Assembly: GCA_963806225.1 (NCBI GenBank)
Contig: CAWDXG010000004.1
Coordinates: 1,920,001-1,984,000 of the forward strand
Source of the DNA: an uncultured delta proteobacterium
Lineage (GTDB): Bacteria > Myxococcota_A > Polyangia > Polyangiales > Polyangiaceae
Direction of reading: 5' to 3'
Length of the DNA: 64,000 nt
The position numbers and the translations under genes were made by a program. This document shows, piece by piece, positions 33,545-45,293 of this stretch; within the stretch, counting starts at the first letter, position 1; each line of letters starts with the position of its first letter. Below the pieces are notes generated by a model. That model saw only the letters and a program-made list of their open reading frames with translations. It did not search any database and had not been told where the DNA came from.

Positions 33545-35920
33545 ATGCGAGGCGTCCGCTCGCTGTGGCTGCCCTTCGCGGCGGTGGCCTACGTCTGCTT
33601 TGCGGCGGCGAAGGCCGGCGGCGGCTATGTGCCGTGGCTGGCGCTGGTGCTGCTGCCGCTGATGCTGGCGGAGGTGTGGCGGCGCACGGCCGCTCCGCCG
33701 CAGCAGGGCGAGGACCGCATCGAGACGCACCGCGCGCTCGGCGCTACGCGCCTGCTTCTGGGGCGCGGCGATGTGGATCGCCGCACGCACCGGTCCGGCC
33801 GGACATCCCGCCTTCGACGCGGCCGCGAACCTCGGCGCGGGCGCGGCCATCGTGGCCGCGCTGGTCGCGCTGTCGCGCATCCCCGGCCTGCGGCGGGGTG
33901 ATGGCGCCCGACGCGCTCGGCGCGCTCGCTCGACGCCGCGGCGTTCGCCGGCTTCCTGTGGGGCATCGCCGTCGCGCTGCCGGCGACGCGCGTGCTGCTG
34001 CCGGCCGAGCAGGTGCGGCTCGACCCGCTCGCCATCGACTACGCGACGACCAGCGCCGGCATCGGCAGCCTGCTGGTGCTGGTGGCGGCCACGTGGCGGC
34101 TGCGCATCGTGAGGCGAGCTGGAGGTGGGCGTCGGCGATCGCGCGGCGGGCGCGCTGGCGCTCGCCATCACCGCGTTCACCGTCGCCGTGCCGGCCGCGC
34201 TGATGGACGTAGCGCCGCCCGACCGCGTGCTGCCCGTCGCGGTCATCCTGGCGTCCATCGCCTGCACCTGGACGGCCACCACGCGCGAGCCGACCACCGT
34301 GTCGAGCGCGCTGCGCGGCATCCTCGCGATCATGATCCTGGGCGCGCCGACGACACTGCTCGCCGGGCTCGTCGCACGGCAGGCGCCGAACCACGCCGGC
34401 GCCATCGTGCTGGCAGTCGAGCGCGGTCTCGATCGTGGTCGGGCTGATCGCGCGCGCCGTCGCGCGGCCGCTCGGCCCCGAGCAGTCGCGCTGGCTCGAC
34501 GCCATCGACGCCGCCAGCCGCGGCGCGCTGCAGCCCGAGCCCGACGCCGCTATCCGCGCCGCGCTCGTCGCGCTCGGCGAGACCAGCAACGCGCCCGGCG
34601 CCAGGCCCGAGCTGTGGCGCGTCAGCCCCGAAGAAGTGCTGAGCGTCGACGTGGCCGGCTACCTGCACGTCGAGAAGGCCGCCGCGCCCGAGCGGCTGTA
34701 CGAGATGGCGCGCGAGGAGCCGGAGCGCACGCTGCGCGCCGAGGTGCTCGCGGCGCTCGAGGTGCGCCGCCCGGACGTGCGGCCACTGCTCGTCGTGGTT
34801 CGACGCACGGCGCGCGTTCTCGGCGACGCTGGTGCTCGACGAGGACGGCCCGCTCGGCTTCATCCTGATGCCGCGCGGCAGCCGCACCGCGCCCATGTCG
34901 CTGGAAGAGGCGCGCGCTATCCGCGTGCTCGCCGACCGCATCAGCGCGCTGCTCGCTGTCTCCTCGGCGCTGGCGCGCTCGCGCAAGCGCGAGCTCGCCG
35001 CCATCGCCCGCGCCGACACCATCGACGACGAGCGCGAGCGGCTCGAGCACATCATCCATCTCGAAGCCGGCCGCAACGAGTCGCATCGCCGAGCAGGCCG
35101 CGCGCGAGAGTGCGCTCGAGCGCCTACAGTCCCGCCGCGCGCCAGCGCGCTCGAACAGCTCGAGCGCCTCGGCCGCATGAACGCCTCGCCCGCGCTGATC
35201 GTCGCCGCCGGGCATCGAGGCCGTGGGCTGGGCCGCGCTCGTGCACCTGGCGAGCCCGCGCCGCGGCGGCCCGCTGGTCGTCATCGACGGCGCCAACGGC
35301 GCCGAGCACGACCTCGAGCATTGGCAGGACAGCCGAACGCTCGCCGCTCGCGCTCGCCGACGGCGGCACGCTCGTCGTGCTGCACGCGGCGCTCCTGCCG
35401 ACCGACATGCAGGAACACATCGCGCGCACGCTGTCGCGCCGCGCCAACGCGCCCGCGCGCTCCAGCGTGCTGCCCGCGGGCCTCGTCGTGGCGCTCGCGC
35501 GACCCGCCGGAGGAGCTCGCGGCCGACGGCGCGTTGTGCCCGCCATCTTTCGCGCTGGGTCGGCGACGCGCACGTGGTCGATCTTCCGCTGCCTCGCCGA
35601 TCGCGCCGAGGACCTGCGCGCCGCTCGCGCTCACCGCGCTGGCGCGCACCGGCGCCCGCAGCGGCGGCGAGCCACTCGGCATCGACCCCGCCGCGCTGCG
35701 CCTGCTCATGGAGCACAGCTGGCCGGGCAACGAAGCGCGAGCTCCGCGACGTGCTCACCCGCGCCGCCGCCGCAGCCACCACCCGCGTCGTCACCGCCCA
35801 CCGATCTCGCCGCTGCCGGCTTCCACCCCAACGTCGAAGCCGACGACAGCCTCCGCCACGCCGCTCCCGACGACAGCCCGCCGCCGCCCGCGTCCCAGGC
35901 GCTCTCCGCGGCGGCACTAA
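33545..35920 (+). CDS. Multi-TM membrane protein with GAF-like region and degenerate sigma54-activator AAA domain; heavily frameshifted
   Basis: Many hydrophobic segments at 33545-34450; VHLASPRRGGPLVVIDG, LALADGGTLVV, HSWPGN..RELRDVL. Confidence 0.55.
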
Positions 35921-35937
35921 GGGCGCCAACGCCCGCG

Positions 35938-36253
35938 TCAGTGCCCGCCCGCGAGCCGCACCAACGTGCCCAGCACGCGATCGAAGCGCGCCCGAAGCGC
36001 CGCCTCCCGCTCCGGCATGTAGCCGAGCGCCGCCGCGACCTCCAGACAAGCGAGCACCTCGCGCAGCGAACCGAGCGCAGTGTGATACCGCACCGCACGA
36101 TTCTTCCCCCGACTGTACCCCCCCTCGGCCGTGTTCAACGGCGCGCTCGTGAGGGCCCGCCGACACTGCCGCGCCAGATCCGGGTCGTGCCGCCCGCAAG
36201 AGCGGCCGGAGAGAGCGAACCAGATCGAGCAGAACAGGATAGATACGCAACAT
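35938..36253 (-). CDS. Four-helix-bundle protein (23S rRNA-IVP family); frameshift near 36195
   Basis: MLRIYPVLLDLVR..DLARQCRRALTSAPLNTAEG..ALGSLREVLACLEVA. Confidence 0.8.
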
Positions 36254-36288
36254 GACGTGACTCCTTGTGCAAGCCCGCGCCCGCCACC

Positions 36289-36580
36289 CGAGCGTGGGCG
36301 AAGCCCAAGCGCCGCACGCGCAGGAGCTGTCCAGGCTGCGAGCGAAGCGAGCACCGCCCGCAGGCCCCAAGGGCCGAGGACGGCCCCGGCCTGGACAGCT
36401 CCGAGCACGGCGGCATCCTGAAATACCCACGAGCGAACGCACTTGCGCACGAGGCGAAGCCGACGCGCGCCCCGCCCCCGCCCACGCACCCGCCCCCGCC
36501 CACGCGCGCAGGGGACCCTCGCGGGCGCGCAGGCCGGAGGCCGAGCACCCGCTTGAGGGCCCCGGGCGCGTGCGCCCGGC
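36289..36580. repeat. Intergenic cluster of inverted repeats (REP-like structured element)
   Basis: 14-bp perfect IR at 36323-36336 and 36389-36402; nested hairpin 36511-36563; hairpin 36562-36579; three GCGAAGC motifs. Confidence 0.7.
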
Positions 36581-36619
36581 GCACCCCCGCCGCCATCCGA
36601 CGGGGGAGCAGCCCCGGCT

Positions 36620-37303
36620 TCAGCCGACGCCGCAGCCGAGGTTCGCTGGCACCGCCACGTCCATCAGCCGGGGATTGGGCAGGTTCAGGTTGCCCATCAG
36701 CTCGATGTACTCGTCGACGCCGCTGACCTTCAGACGCGGATTGTGCGCGCGCTCCTCGGCGATCGTGCTGACCGTCCAGCCCTTGTAGTCGTGGGCCGGG
36801 TAGACGAACGTGTCGTCGGGCAGCTTCAGGAGCCTGTCGAAGATCGAGTGGTACTGATCGCGCGCGCTGCCATTCTGGAAATCGGTGCGGCCGCTGCCGC
36901 GGATGAGCAGCGTGTCGCCCGTGAAGACGCGGTCGGGTAGGCGGAAGCTGTACGAGTCGTCCGTGTGGCCGGGTGTGTAGACCGCTTCGAGCGAGATGCC
37001 GTCCACGTCGATGCGATCCCCGTCGCTCACTTTCAGCGACACGCAATCCGCGCGGCTCTGCTCGCCCATGATGGTGATGCAGTCGGTTCGATTGCGGAGA
37101 TCGCCGAGGCCCGTGATGTGATCGGCGTGGACGTGGGTGTCGACGGCCTTGACCAGCTCGAGGTCGAGCTCGCCGAGCAGCCGCACATAGCTGTCGACCT
37201 GCTCCTTCACCGGGTCGATGAGCAGCGCCTCGCCCCCAGCGCGGCGCGCCAGGAGATAGGTGTAGGTGCTCGATTCCTTGTCGAAGAGCTGTCGAAATAT
37301 CAT
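36620..37303 (-). CDS. MBL-fold hydrolase, ETHE1-like persulfide dioxygenase
   Basis: FRQLFDKESSTYTY, THVHADHITG, TPGHT, FTGDTLLIRGSGRTDFQ, YPAHDYKG, AVPANLGCG. Confidence 0.88.
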   Translation of the reverse strand: MIFRQLFDKESSTYTYLLARRAGGEALLIDPVKEQVDSYVRLLGELDLELVKAVDTHVHADHITGLGDLRNRTDCITIMGEQSRADCVSLKVSDGDRIDVDGISLEAVYTPGHTDDSYSFRLPDRVFTGDTLLIRGSGRTDFQNGSARDQYHSIFDRLLKLPDDTFVYPAHDYKGWTVSTIAEERAHNPRLKVSGVDEYIELMGNLNLPNPRLMDVAVPANLGCGVG

Positions 37304-37458
37304 CGCGGTTCCCTCCCCGGGACTGTCCAGCATGCTTCGTGCCAGGCCAGGAGCCACCCGGGACGTGGAAAAAGCCCACGCTTGGCAGATGCTGCGCTGC
37401 GGTATCGCGACCCTGATGTGTCAACGCGCGACACGATGTTGAAACCCGACGCGCCCGG

Positions 37459-38352
37459 CTAGTCGTCCCGCTGGGCCATCGCGCGCGCGCGGGACTCGAT
37501 GCCGTCGGCGAATTCGAGCGCGACGGCGCGGTCCTCGACGCGTTCGAGCTCCTGGCCGGCGCGCCTCGCGATCTCGGCGGCGCGCGCCTTGTGTTCCTGC
37601 CAGTCCACGACGCGGTAGGCGAGCGTGAGCCCCGGGTCGCTCTGCAGCAGGCCGAGCGCCGCGCCGCGCCAGACGAATGGCGGGCTTTCGCGGTCGAGGG
37701 TCGACAGAATCGGTGAGCGGCGACGCGGCGAGCCAGTGGCCGAGCATTTCGTGCCAGCTTCCGGACCAGTCGGCATCGGCTGGAGCCATCTCGCCAAGCG
37801 GGACGCTCTGCTGCGACTCGTGCACGCGGCGCAGCTTCGGCCAGGCCAGGAGCCGGCCCGGCGGCTCTGCGCCGCGGAAGTCGGCGTGGCCGACCCACCA
37901 CGAGACGTGCGTGTCGATGCGCGCCAGCTCGGCGACCCGCCAGAACGAGGCGTGACGCCCCAGCGCATCGCCCACGGTCCGCGGCGCGCCCGCCTGCCGG
38001 ATCACCTGTCCCACCATCTTGAGCAGCCGCTCGGGCCGCTCCTTGCCCAGCAGGCCCTCGAGATCCGGGTTGGTCGCCTGCAACAGGTCGTTCAGCGCGA
38101 ACGCGAGCAGCCACTCGCCGGCCGACGGCTCCTCGACGCGATCGACGGCGCACAGCCTGCGCGCGGCCGTCAGGCGGGCTCGTTCCAGCTGGACCGCGGC
38201 ATCGCCGCCGGCAACCAGCGCGTGGTCGACAAGCATCGAGGGCGCGTCGCGCGCCGATCGGCGGAAGCGGTTTGAGCTCGCCGCCCACCGCGAGCGGCAG
38301 CAGCACCTGCTCGACCAGCTTGATCCACCAGCACCTGGTCGTCGGGGGTCAT
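37459..38352 (-). CDS. Hypothetical protein, possibly an FtsH-ternary-system X6-like domain; frameshifted
   Basis: LNDLLQATNP, RHASFWRVAELARIDTHVSWWVGHADFRGAEPPGRLLAWPKLRRV, ASPLTD; ATGA overlap with the upstream gene. Family assignment is from recollection only. Confidence 0.5.
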
Positions 38353-39831
38353 GACGCTGGCTCCGCCTTGGCGAGGGGTCTGAATCCGAGCGGATCGAAC
38401 CACACCGTGGGGATCTCGGCCGAGAGCTGCGACTCGAACGAGGCGCTCGGCAGCGGGGCCCAGCTTTCAGCTTCGAGCAGCGCGGACTCCAGGGGCGAGA
38501 ATCCGGCGCGCAGCACCGCCACGGGCGCCTGCTCCGGGACGCAGGAACACGATGCGATCCGCCGGTGCGCCGAGCGCTGCGAACAGCATCTCGGGGCGCA
38601 CCCGCGGCGCCACCTCGTAGCCATTCGGCACGAAGATGGACGGATGCTCGCGGCGGAAGAACGTTCCGAGCGGCAACAGCTCGAGGCCCTGCTCGCGCAG
38701 CAGGAATGCGCCCAGCTCGGTGACGGCGATGCGGATGCTGCGGATGGCGTCCGCGCCGAGCGCGTAGACGAGCCTTCTCAGGAGCGGCAGCTCGTTGCTG
38801 TTAACGAGCGTCGCATGCACGCGCCCGGGAGGCGCCAGAGCCGGGCACCAGCTTCGGGCGCAGAAGGAGCTCGGGTGCAGTCGAACCACCAACGCCGTGC
38901 GGAAGCACCGCCAGCTTCTCGAACGGCTGCTCGGTGCGTCTCAGCGAGCGTACGTCGGCCAGAACCGGCAGCTTGTCGTATCTCGAGCGGCGGTTCGCCG
39001 CGCCCGCGGAACAGCACCAGACCGCGCTCGTCGAACACGGGACACGAGCGGAGCGTGACCGGATGGCGGAAGCCGCGCTCGACCGCCACGCCGGGCGAGG
39101 CGGGCAGGAACGCCGCGAGCCCCGGCGTGGAGACGAGCGGGCCGCGCATGCGCGCCGGCAGCTCCTGCACGGAGAAGAGGAAGCGCCGGAGCGGTGCGTC
39201 GTCGAAGCTCGTCTCCGGGGGCCACTCGACGATGCCGACCCGGGCATCGACGCGCGAACGCGCCAGGTAGCCGAGCAGGCTCGGCCCAAGTCCGGGTTCG
39301 GAGAGCAGCCAGAACGGGTGGTCGTCGATGCTCACACCGGGGTCTGGATGCGGAGCCAGGCGCCGGAGCAGACTGCCGAGCGCGAGCTTCCGCTCGACCT
39401 CGTACACCTGCGCAAACGTGTTGTGGTAGAGCGCGAGCGCCGCGTCGGTGGGAATGATCTCGCTCGCATCGTAGCCGAACGGAGCACCGGCATCGCGATA
39501 CTGCACGTAGTGGCGGCTGGTCCCGGTGAAGGTGAAGCCCCCGGTCAACCGCGCGACCTCGGCGACGCGGTCCATGCGGTCGCTCGACCCGGCGTCGAAC
39601 GACAGTGCGATCTCGCGCGCCCCGAGCTTGGAGCGGACCACTTCGATCGCGAGCGAGCCGGCGATGCCGTCCAGCGCCTGCTCGGCCGTGTACACGGCGA
39701 AGAAGGCGACCAGACGATCCAGCGAGGGCAGCAGCACGAGGCCGCGCGAGCCGAGCGCGACTCCGCGGACATCGAGCCCGACGCCGGGCACCCTGAAGCC
39801 GGGTCTGGTGGACCGCAACGCGCTCGAGCAT
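38349..39831 (-). CDS. Hypothetical protein, possibly an FtsH-ternary-system X7-like domain; frameshifted
   Basis: LVLLPSLDRLVAFF, FTGTSRHYVQYRDAGAPFGYD, VERGFRHPVTLRSC, ELPLLRRLVYAL. Family assignment is from recollection only. Confidence 0.5.
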
Positions 39832-40020
39832 CGGCGCTAGCCTGCTTCCTCGCCCAGCTCCATCACCGCGGATCATAGCCGGCCGGGGCGCCCACTCAAG
39901 CGGGCGGCCGCCGTTTGTCGCGTGTTCGCGCTGGGAAGTCCCGAAGAGGGACCGCACCCCGCAAAACCCGCGCCGCGAGCGTCTAGCCGCCGGACGCGGC
40001 CAAGGCTAGTCTCGGGTGAC

Positions 40021-43000
40021 GTGACCTCCCCCGCCAGCGAGAGACGCCGCATGGGCGGCCGCTTCGTAGTCGAACGCGAGGTCGGCCGCGGCGGCGCCGG
40101 CATTGTCTACCGCGCGTGGGACCTGGTGACCGAGCAGCAGGTCGCGCTCAAAGTGATGGCCATCGAAGCCGGCGTCATCGCGCCGGAAGACGAGGCACGC
40201 CTGGGCCGCGAGGGCGAGCTGCTCGCAAACCTCGACCACCCGTTGCATCGTCAAGACGGTCGCCTATGGCGTGTTCGAGGACACCGGCCTGCCCTACGTG
40301 GCAATGGAGTGGCTCGAGGGCGAGGATCTCGCGGCGCGCGAGAAGCGCGATCCGCTCGACGCTCAAGCAGGCGGTGGAGCTCGCCATCCTGGTCGCCCAG
40401 GCGCTCGACGCGGCACACGCGGCGGGCGTCATCCACCGCGACATCAAGCCGGGCAACATCTTCCTGTGCAAGGGGCGCCACCCGGAGACCGAAGAGCTCG
40501 ACGTGACGCCGAAGCTCGTGGATTTCGGGGTGGCTGCAGCCGGCGACATCCGCATCACGCGCACCGGAGACGTGGTGGGCACGCCCGCGTACATGGCGCC
40601 GGAACAGGCGCGAGGAGATGCGCCCATCGACGCGCGCTGCGACATCTACTCGCTGGGCGCAACGCTGTTCGAGCTGGTCGCCGGGCGCCCGCCGCACGTC
40701 GGACCGACGGCGATCGCGACGCTCGCACGTCTCGTCACGACCCCGCCGCCCAGGCTCAGCGAGCTCCGCCGCGACGTGCCGCCGCTGCTCGACAACATCG
40801 TCGAACGCATGCTGCAGACGGACCCTGCCGCACGTCCCGCATCGGCCGCGGAAGTGGCCGAGACGCTGCGCGAAGCGGTGCGCGACGCGAGCCGTGTCAG
40901 CTGGGTGGACACGGCCGAGCCGACGTTGTCGTCGCGCCTGGGCTCGAGCGCGTCGCGCCTGCTGACTTCCATCGTCGCGATCCGCTTCGCCAAGGGCTCG
41001 GCGCGCGAGCGAGCGCTGCAGCACCTGCGCGAGCGCGGTGCGGACGCGGTACCGCTCGGGCAGGACGCCATCGTGGCCCACCTGGGCGCACGCCGCGCCG
41101 TCGGCACCGAAGCCACCGCCGCGCTCGATCTGGGTCGGCGTCTGGCGCGGGCCGGCGCCCGCGTCGGTATCGCCAGCGGTCGCGCGCGCGTCAGCCTGTC
41201 TGAGCGATAGCGGCGAGATCTCGCCTGTGGGAGAGGTCGTCGACCGCGCCTCCGCGCTCGCCCGCGACGCCGAGGCAGGCATGGTGCTCGCGGACGTGAC
41301 CACGAGCGAACTGGGGCGGGGCCGCTACGAATTCCGGGCGCGCGACGACGGCTCGGCTATCGTCGGCGAGCAGGTGCGCGGCGCGCGCGGCGAACGGGCG
41401 GGCGGCGCGCCGTTCGTGGGAAGGGAGCCCGAGCTGGCGCAGGTCCTCAGCGCCTTCGATCGCTCGCGCTCGGACCGCACGCCGATCCTGGTCAGCATCA
41501 CAGGACCGCCCGGCATCGGCAAGACGAGACTCCGTCGCGAGGTGCTGGCACGCATCTCGGCACAAGCCGAGGCTCCGCCCGTGATCCTGCAGCGTAGCGA
41601 GGCGTACGGTCGCGGGCACGCGCTGGGCGCCGCGGCGGACGTGCTGCGCGCTATCATCGGACTGCCGAAGGGCACCACAGCGGCCGAAGCCGAAAGCGCC
41701 ATCGTCGGCCGGCTGGGTCCGGCCACACGCGACGAGCTGACCGCGCAGAGCCGCGAGCTTCTGAGCCGCCTGCTTGCGAACGAAGCGCTGCCCGAAGGGC
41801 TCGACCCGCGCGGCTCGCGCGACGCGCTGTGGTTGGCGATGACCGACCTGGTGCTGCAGGTGGTCGTCACCGAGCCCACCGTCATCATCATGGAAGATCT
41901 GCAGTGGGCCGACCCGGAGAGCATCGGGTGGCTCGACCACATGCTCGGGCGCTCGTCGCACCAGCCGTTGGTGGTGCTCGGCGCTGATGCGACCCGATTT
42001 CTGGGCGGACAATGGCGACCGCTTTGCCGGACGCGACCACGTGCGGCTCGAGCTCCGGCCCATCTCGCAGCGCGCCTCGCGGGCCATCGCGCGCTCGCTT
42101 CTGGGCGAGGACGCGCCGGAACCCGTGATCGAGCGCATCGCCGCGCAGGCTGCCGGCCTGCCGCTGTTTGCGGAGGAGCTCGCTCGGCTCAGCGCCGCGG
42201 GGCGCGACACCACGCACGCGCCTACCATCGAGGCGGCCATCCAGGTCAGCCTCGACTCGCTCGACGAGGAATGTCGCGACGCGGTCGGGCGGCTCAGCGT
42301 GCTCGGTCTGAGCTGCTGGGACTCGGCGCTGGAAGCACTGGGCATGCCGCGCGCGGAAAGCGTGATGAAGGCGCTCGCCGGTGCGGAAGTGCTGGTCGAG
42401 CAGAATGTCTCGCGCTTCGCCGGCACGCGCGAGTGGGTGTTCAAACACGCGCTGGTGCGCGAGGTGGCGTACAGCTCGCTCGGCGAGCGTGAACGCAAGG
42501 AGCTGCACGCGCTGGCCGCGGCGTGGCTCACCTCGATGGGCGAGGACGCGGCCACCGTCGCCGGCCACTTCGACCTGGGCGGGCAGTACGCGGCCGCAGC
42601 CGACCACTGGGCGCGCGCGGCGCAGCGCGCGCTGGCGACCAACGCGCTGACCGACGCGCTGACGATGGCGGACCGGGCGCTCGCCTTCGCCGAGGACAAG
42701 GCGTCCGGGTTCCAGCGCGCCTGCGTACCTGGACGAGGCGTGGAGCCGCCTCGACCCGCGCGCCAGCGAGCGCGAGACGGCCATCCGCGCGATGGAAGAG
42801 AACGTGCACGACGAGTCGAGCGCGGTGCGCGCCCGCGGCGCGCGCGCCCGCTACGACGACGCACGCGGCACGGGCGATCGCATCAGCGCACGCCTGGCCC
42901 ATACACGCGACGAGGCCCAGGCACTCGGCTTGCAGGACGAGGAGGCGCGCTGCTCGGCGGTGCTGGCGGCGCGGCTGGCGTTCGCCGGGCGCTTCGCGGA

Positions 43001-43937
43001 AGCGGAGGCGGAAGCAGCGCGCCTGCTCGAGCTGGCCAACCAGCCCAACATCCGCGCGGCAGCCGTGGACGCGTGGCAGACGCTCGCCATCATCCGCCAG
43101 ACGCGCGGCGCGCTCAGCTCGGCCCTGGACGCCCGGCGCAACGCAGCCGCCGCGGCTCGCGAAGCCGGGCTGCGCGAGCGCGAAGCGATGCTCACGACGA
43201 ACCTCGGCTTCGCGCTCACCACCATCGGTGCGCGGCAGGAAGCGCGCACCGCGCTCGATACGGGCCTGGCACTGGCCGACGCGATCGGCAGCAGTGGCGC
43301 CGTCAGGCACGCGCAGATGAACCTGCTCGGTTGGGCCGCGACCTTCGGCAACGACAAGCAGCTGGAAGGCAGCCTCGCCGAAACGCGCGCCGACGCCGAC
43401 GCGTCGGCCAGCGGCGTATGGGCCGCGCCGGATCGCTCGAACCTGGGCGTGCTGTTCTACCGGGGCTGGGAGCTGCTCCGCGCCAAGTCGGACCAGGCGT
43501 GCCGGCGGGCCTGCTCGCTTTTGCGCATTTCCGCCGAGTCGTATCGCGCCACCGGCCATCGCGACGTACTGCCCGTGGCGCTCGGCGTGTGGGCCCAGGC
43601 CGAGCAGCGCTGCGGCAATGCGCAGCGCGCGGCGGAGTTGGCGCGAGAGGCGGCCGAGCTTCTAGAGAGCGGCGCGCCCAGCCTGCTCAACGAGTCGACG
43701 GTGTACCTCGCGCTGCACGACGCGCTTTTGGAGCTCGGCGATCTGGAGAGCGCGCGCGACGCGGTGGCGCGCGGCATCCCGCCGCTGCTCCGCCGGGTGC
43801 ACGGCCTGGTCGGCACGCCGTACGCGCGCCTGTTCCTGACGGAGCTGCCCCACAACGCCGGGCTGCTCGCCGCGGCGGAGGGCTACGGCGTCGTGCCGGA
43901 CGAGATCCACACGCTACTCGAGCGCAACGGGCACTGA
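40021..43937 (+). CDS. Ser/Thr kinase, degenerate cyclase-like region, STAND-type ATPase and TPR-like helical repeats; frameshifted
   Basis: GRGGAGIVY, HRDIKPGN, DFG, GTPAYMAPE; FVGREPEL, GPPGIGKTRL, EDLQWAD, AGLPLFAEEL, FKHALVREVAY. Confidence 0.85.
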
Positions 43938-44032
43938 GCGGCGCGCGAGCGCAAGCCGAAGCTGGGACGCGCACCGCGGCGCGATGGTGGCGTAGCCGTG
44001 ACGTAGAGAGGCTGCCAGGCCCCCCCGGTGGG

Positions 44033-45241
44033 CTACTCCTTGAGCGCCTTCTTGATGCGTTCGCACGCTTCGGCGATGCGCGGCGGATCCTCGATCAGGG
44101 CGAAGCGGACGTAGCCTTCGCCGCCGGCGCCAAAGCCGGTGCCGGGAGCGACGCCGACGTGCGCGCGCTCGATGAGGCGCGTGGTCGCTTCCAGCGAGCT
44201 CATCGAACGCCAGGCCTCGGGCAGCTTGGTCCACACGAACATGGTGCCCTGTGGTTCTTCCACGTCGCCCCAGCCCGTCTTGCGCAGGCCGTCGGCCAGG
44301 GCCTTGGCGCGGCCCTGGTACAGCGCGCGGATCTCCTCGACCAGCGAGTCGCCGTTCTCGAGCGCCCAGGCGGCGGCCTGCTGCAGCGGGATGAACGTGC
44401 CGTAGTCCATGTACGTCTTCATGTGCGACAGCGCGCCGATCATCCGCTCGTTGCCGACCATGTAGGCGATGCGCCAGCCCGGCATGTTGTAGCTCTTCGA
44501 CATCGAGAACACCTCGACGGCGAACTTGCGGACCTCTTCCGGATCGAGGCCGCAGTCGAAGATGCTGGGCGCGTAACGCGAGCTGAAGTCGAGATCGGCG
44601 TAGGCCAGGTCGTGCAGGAGCAGCGCACCCGAATCGCGCACCACGCGCACCAGCTCCGCGAGCTCTTCGCGGCTGACCACGCGGCCCGTCGGGTTCTGCG
44701 GATAGTTCGCGATGACGAGCTTGGCGCGGCCGCCAGCGAGGCGCACGTGCTCGAGCGCGGCGTGCACCGCCTTGGCGGGCGTCGTGCGCGAGGTCGAGTC
44801 GTAGCCGGCGACGTTCGCGCCGGCGATGAGCGGCGCGCCCTTGTGGATCGGGTAGCACGGGTCGGGCACCACCGCGGTGTCGCCGCGATCCAGGATGGCG
44901 AGGCACAGGTGGCTGATGCCTTCCTTGGCACCCATCGTAACGATCACGTCGCGGTCCGGATCGAAGCTCGCGTGGTAGCGCTTCTGGTACCATTGCGTGA
45001 CCGCGTGGCGCAGCCTCGGCAGGCCGCGACCCGGGTGGTAGCGGTGGTTTTCGCCGATGTCGGCGGCGGCGTGCAGCTGGGCGACGATCTCGGGCGGCGT
45101 GGGCCGGTCGGGATTGCCCAGACCCAGATCGATGATCTCCGCACCGGACGCGCGCGTCCGGGCCTTCACGTCGTCGGTGACGAGGAAGGCGTAGGTGGGA
45201 AGGGCTTCGGCTCGCGGAAAGGACCAGTCCTGGGTTTTCAC
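44033..45241 (-). CDS. PLP-dependent class I/II aminotransferase, AlaC-like
   Basis: IIDLGLGNPD, GAKEGISHL, NYPQNPTG, HDLAYAD, SMSKSYNMPGWRI, DYGTFIPLQ. Confidence 0.88.
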   Translation of the reverse strand: MKTQDWSFPRAEALPTYAFLVTDDVKARTRASGAEIIDLGLGNPDRPTPPEIVAQLHAAADIGENHRYHPGRGLPRLRHAVTQWYQKRYHASFDPDRDVIVTMGAKEGISHLCLAILDRGDTAVVPDPCYPIHKGAPLIAGANVAGYDSTSRTTPAKAVHAALEHVRLAGGRAKLVIANYPQNPTGRVVSREELAELVRVVRDSGALLLHDLAYADLDFSSRYAPSIFDCGLDPEEVRKFAVEVFSMSKSYNMPGWRIAYMVGNERMIGALSHMKTYMDYGTFIPLQQAAAWALENGDSLVEEIRALYQGRAKALADGLRKTGWGDVEEPQGTMFVWTKLPEAWRSMSSLEATTRLIERAHVGVAPGTGFGAGGEGYVRFALIEDPPRIAEACERIKKALKE

Positions 45242-45293
45242 CCGGGCGTGGTACCACGAATCCGGCGGCCGAAAAACGGGCTCGGGCCGCCGG

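Noticed and set aside
35938..36600. Diversity-generating retroelement (Avd) or integron cassette with attC
   Set aside because: No reverse transcriptase, no TR/VR pair with A-specific mismatches, no integrase, and the hairpins lack RYYYAAC/GTTRRRY ends.
1..43000. Many split ORFs read as pseudogenes or programmed frameshifts
   Set aside because: Single-base indels hit unrelated, otherwise intact genes (treZ, sppA, xth, the phoH-family gene), often at homopolymers, and are absent after about 43 kb. This fits long-read consensus error. Only prfB has a real frameshift signal.
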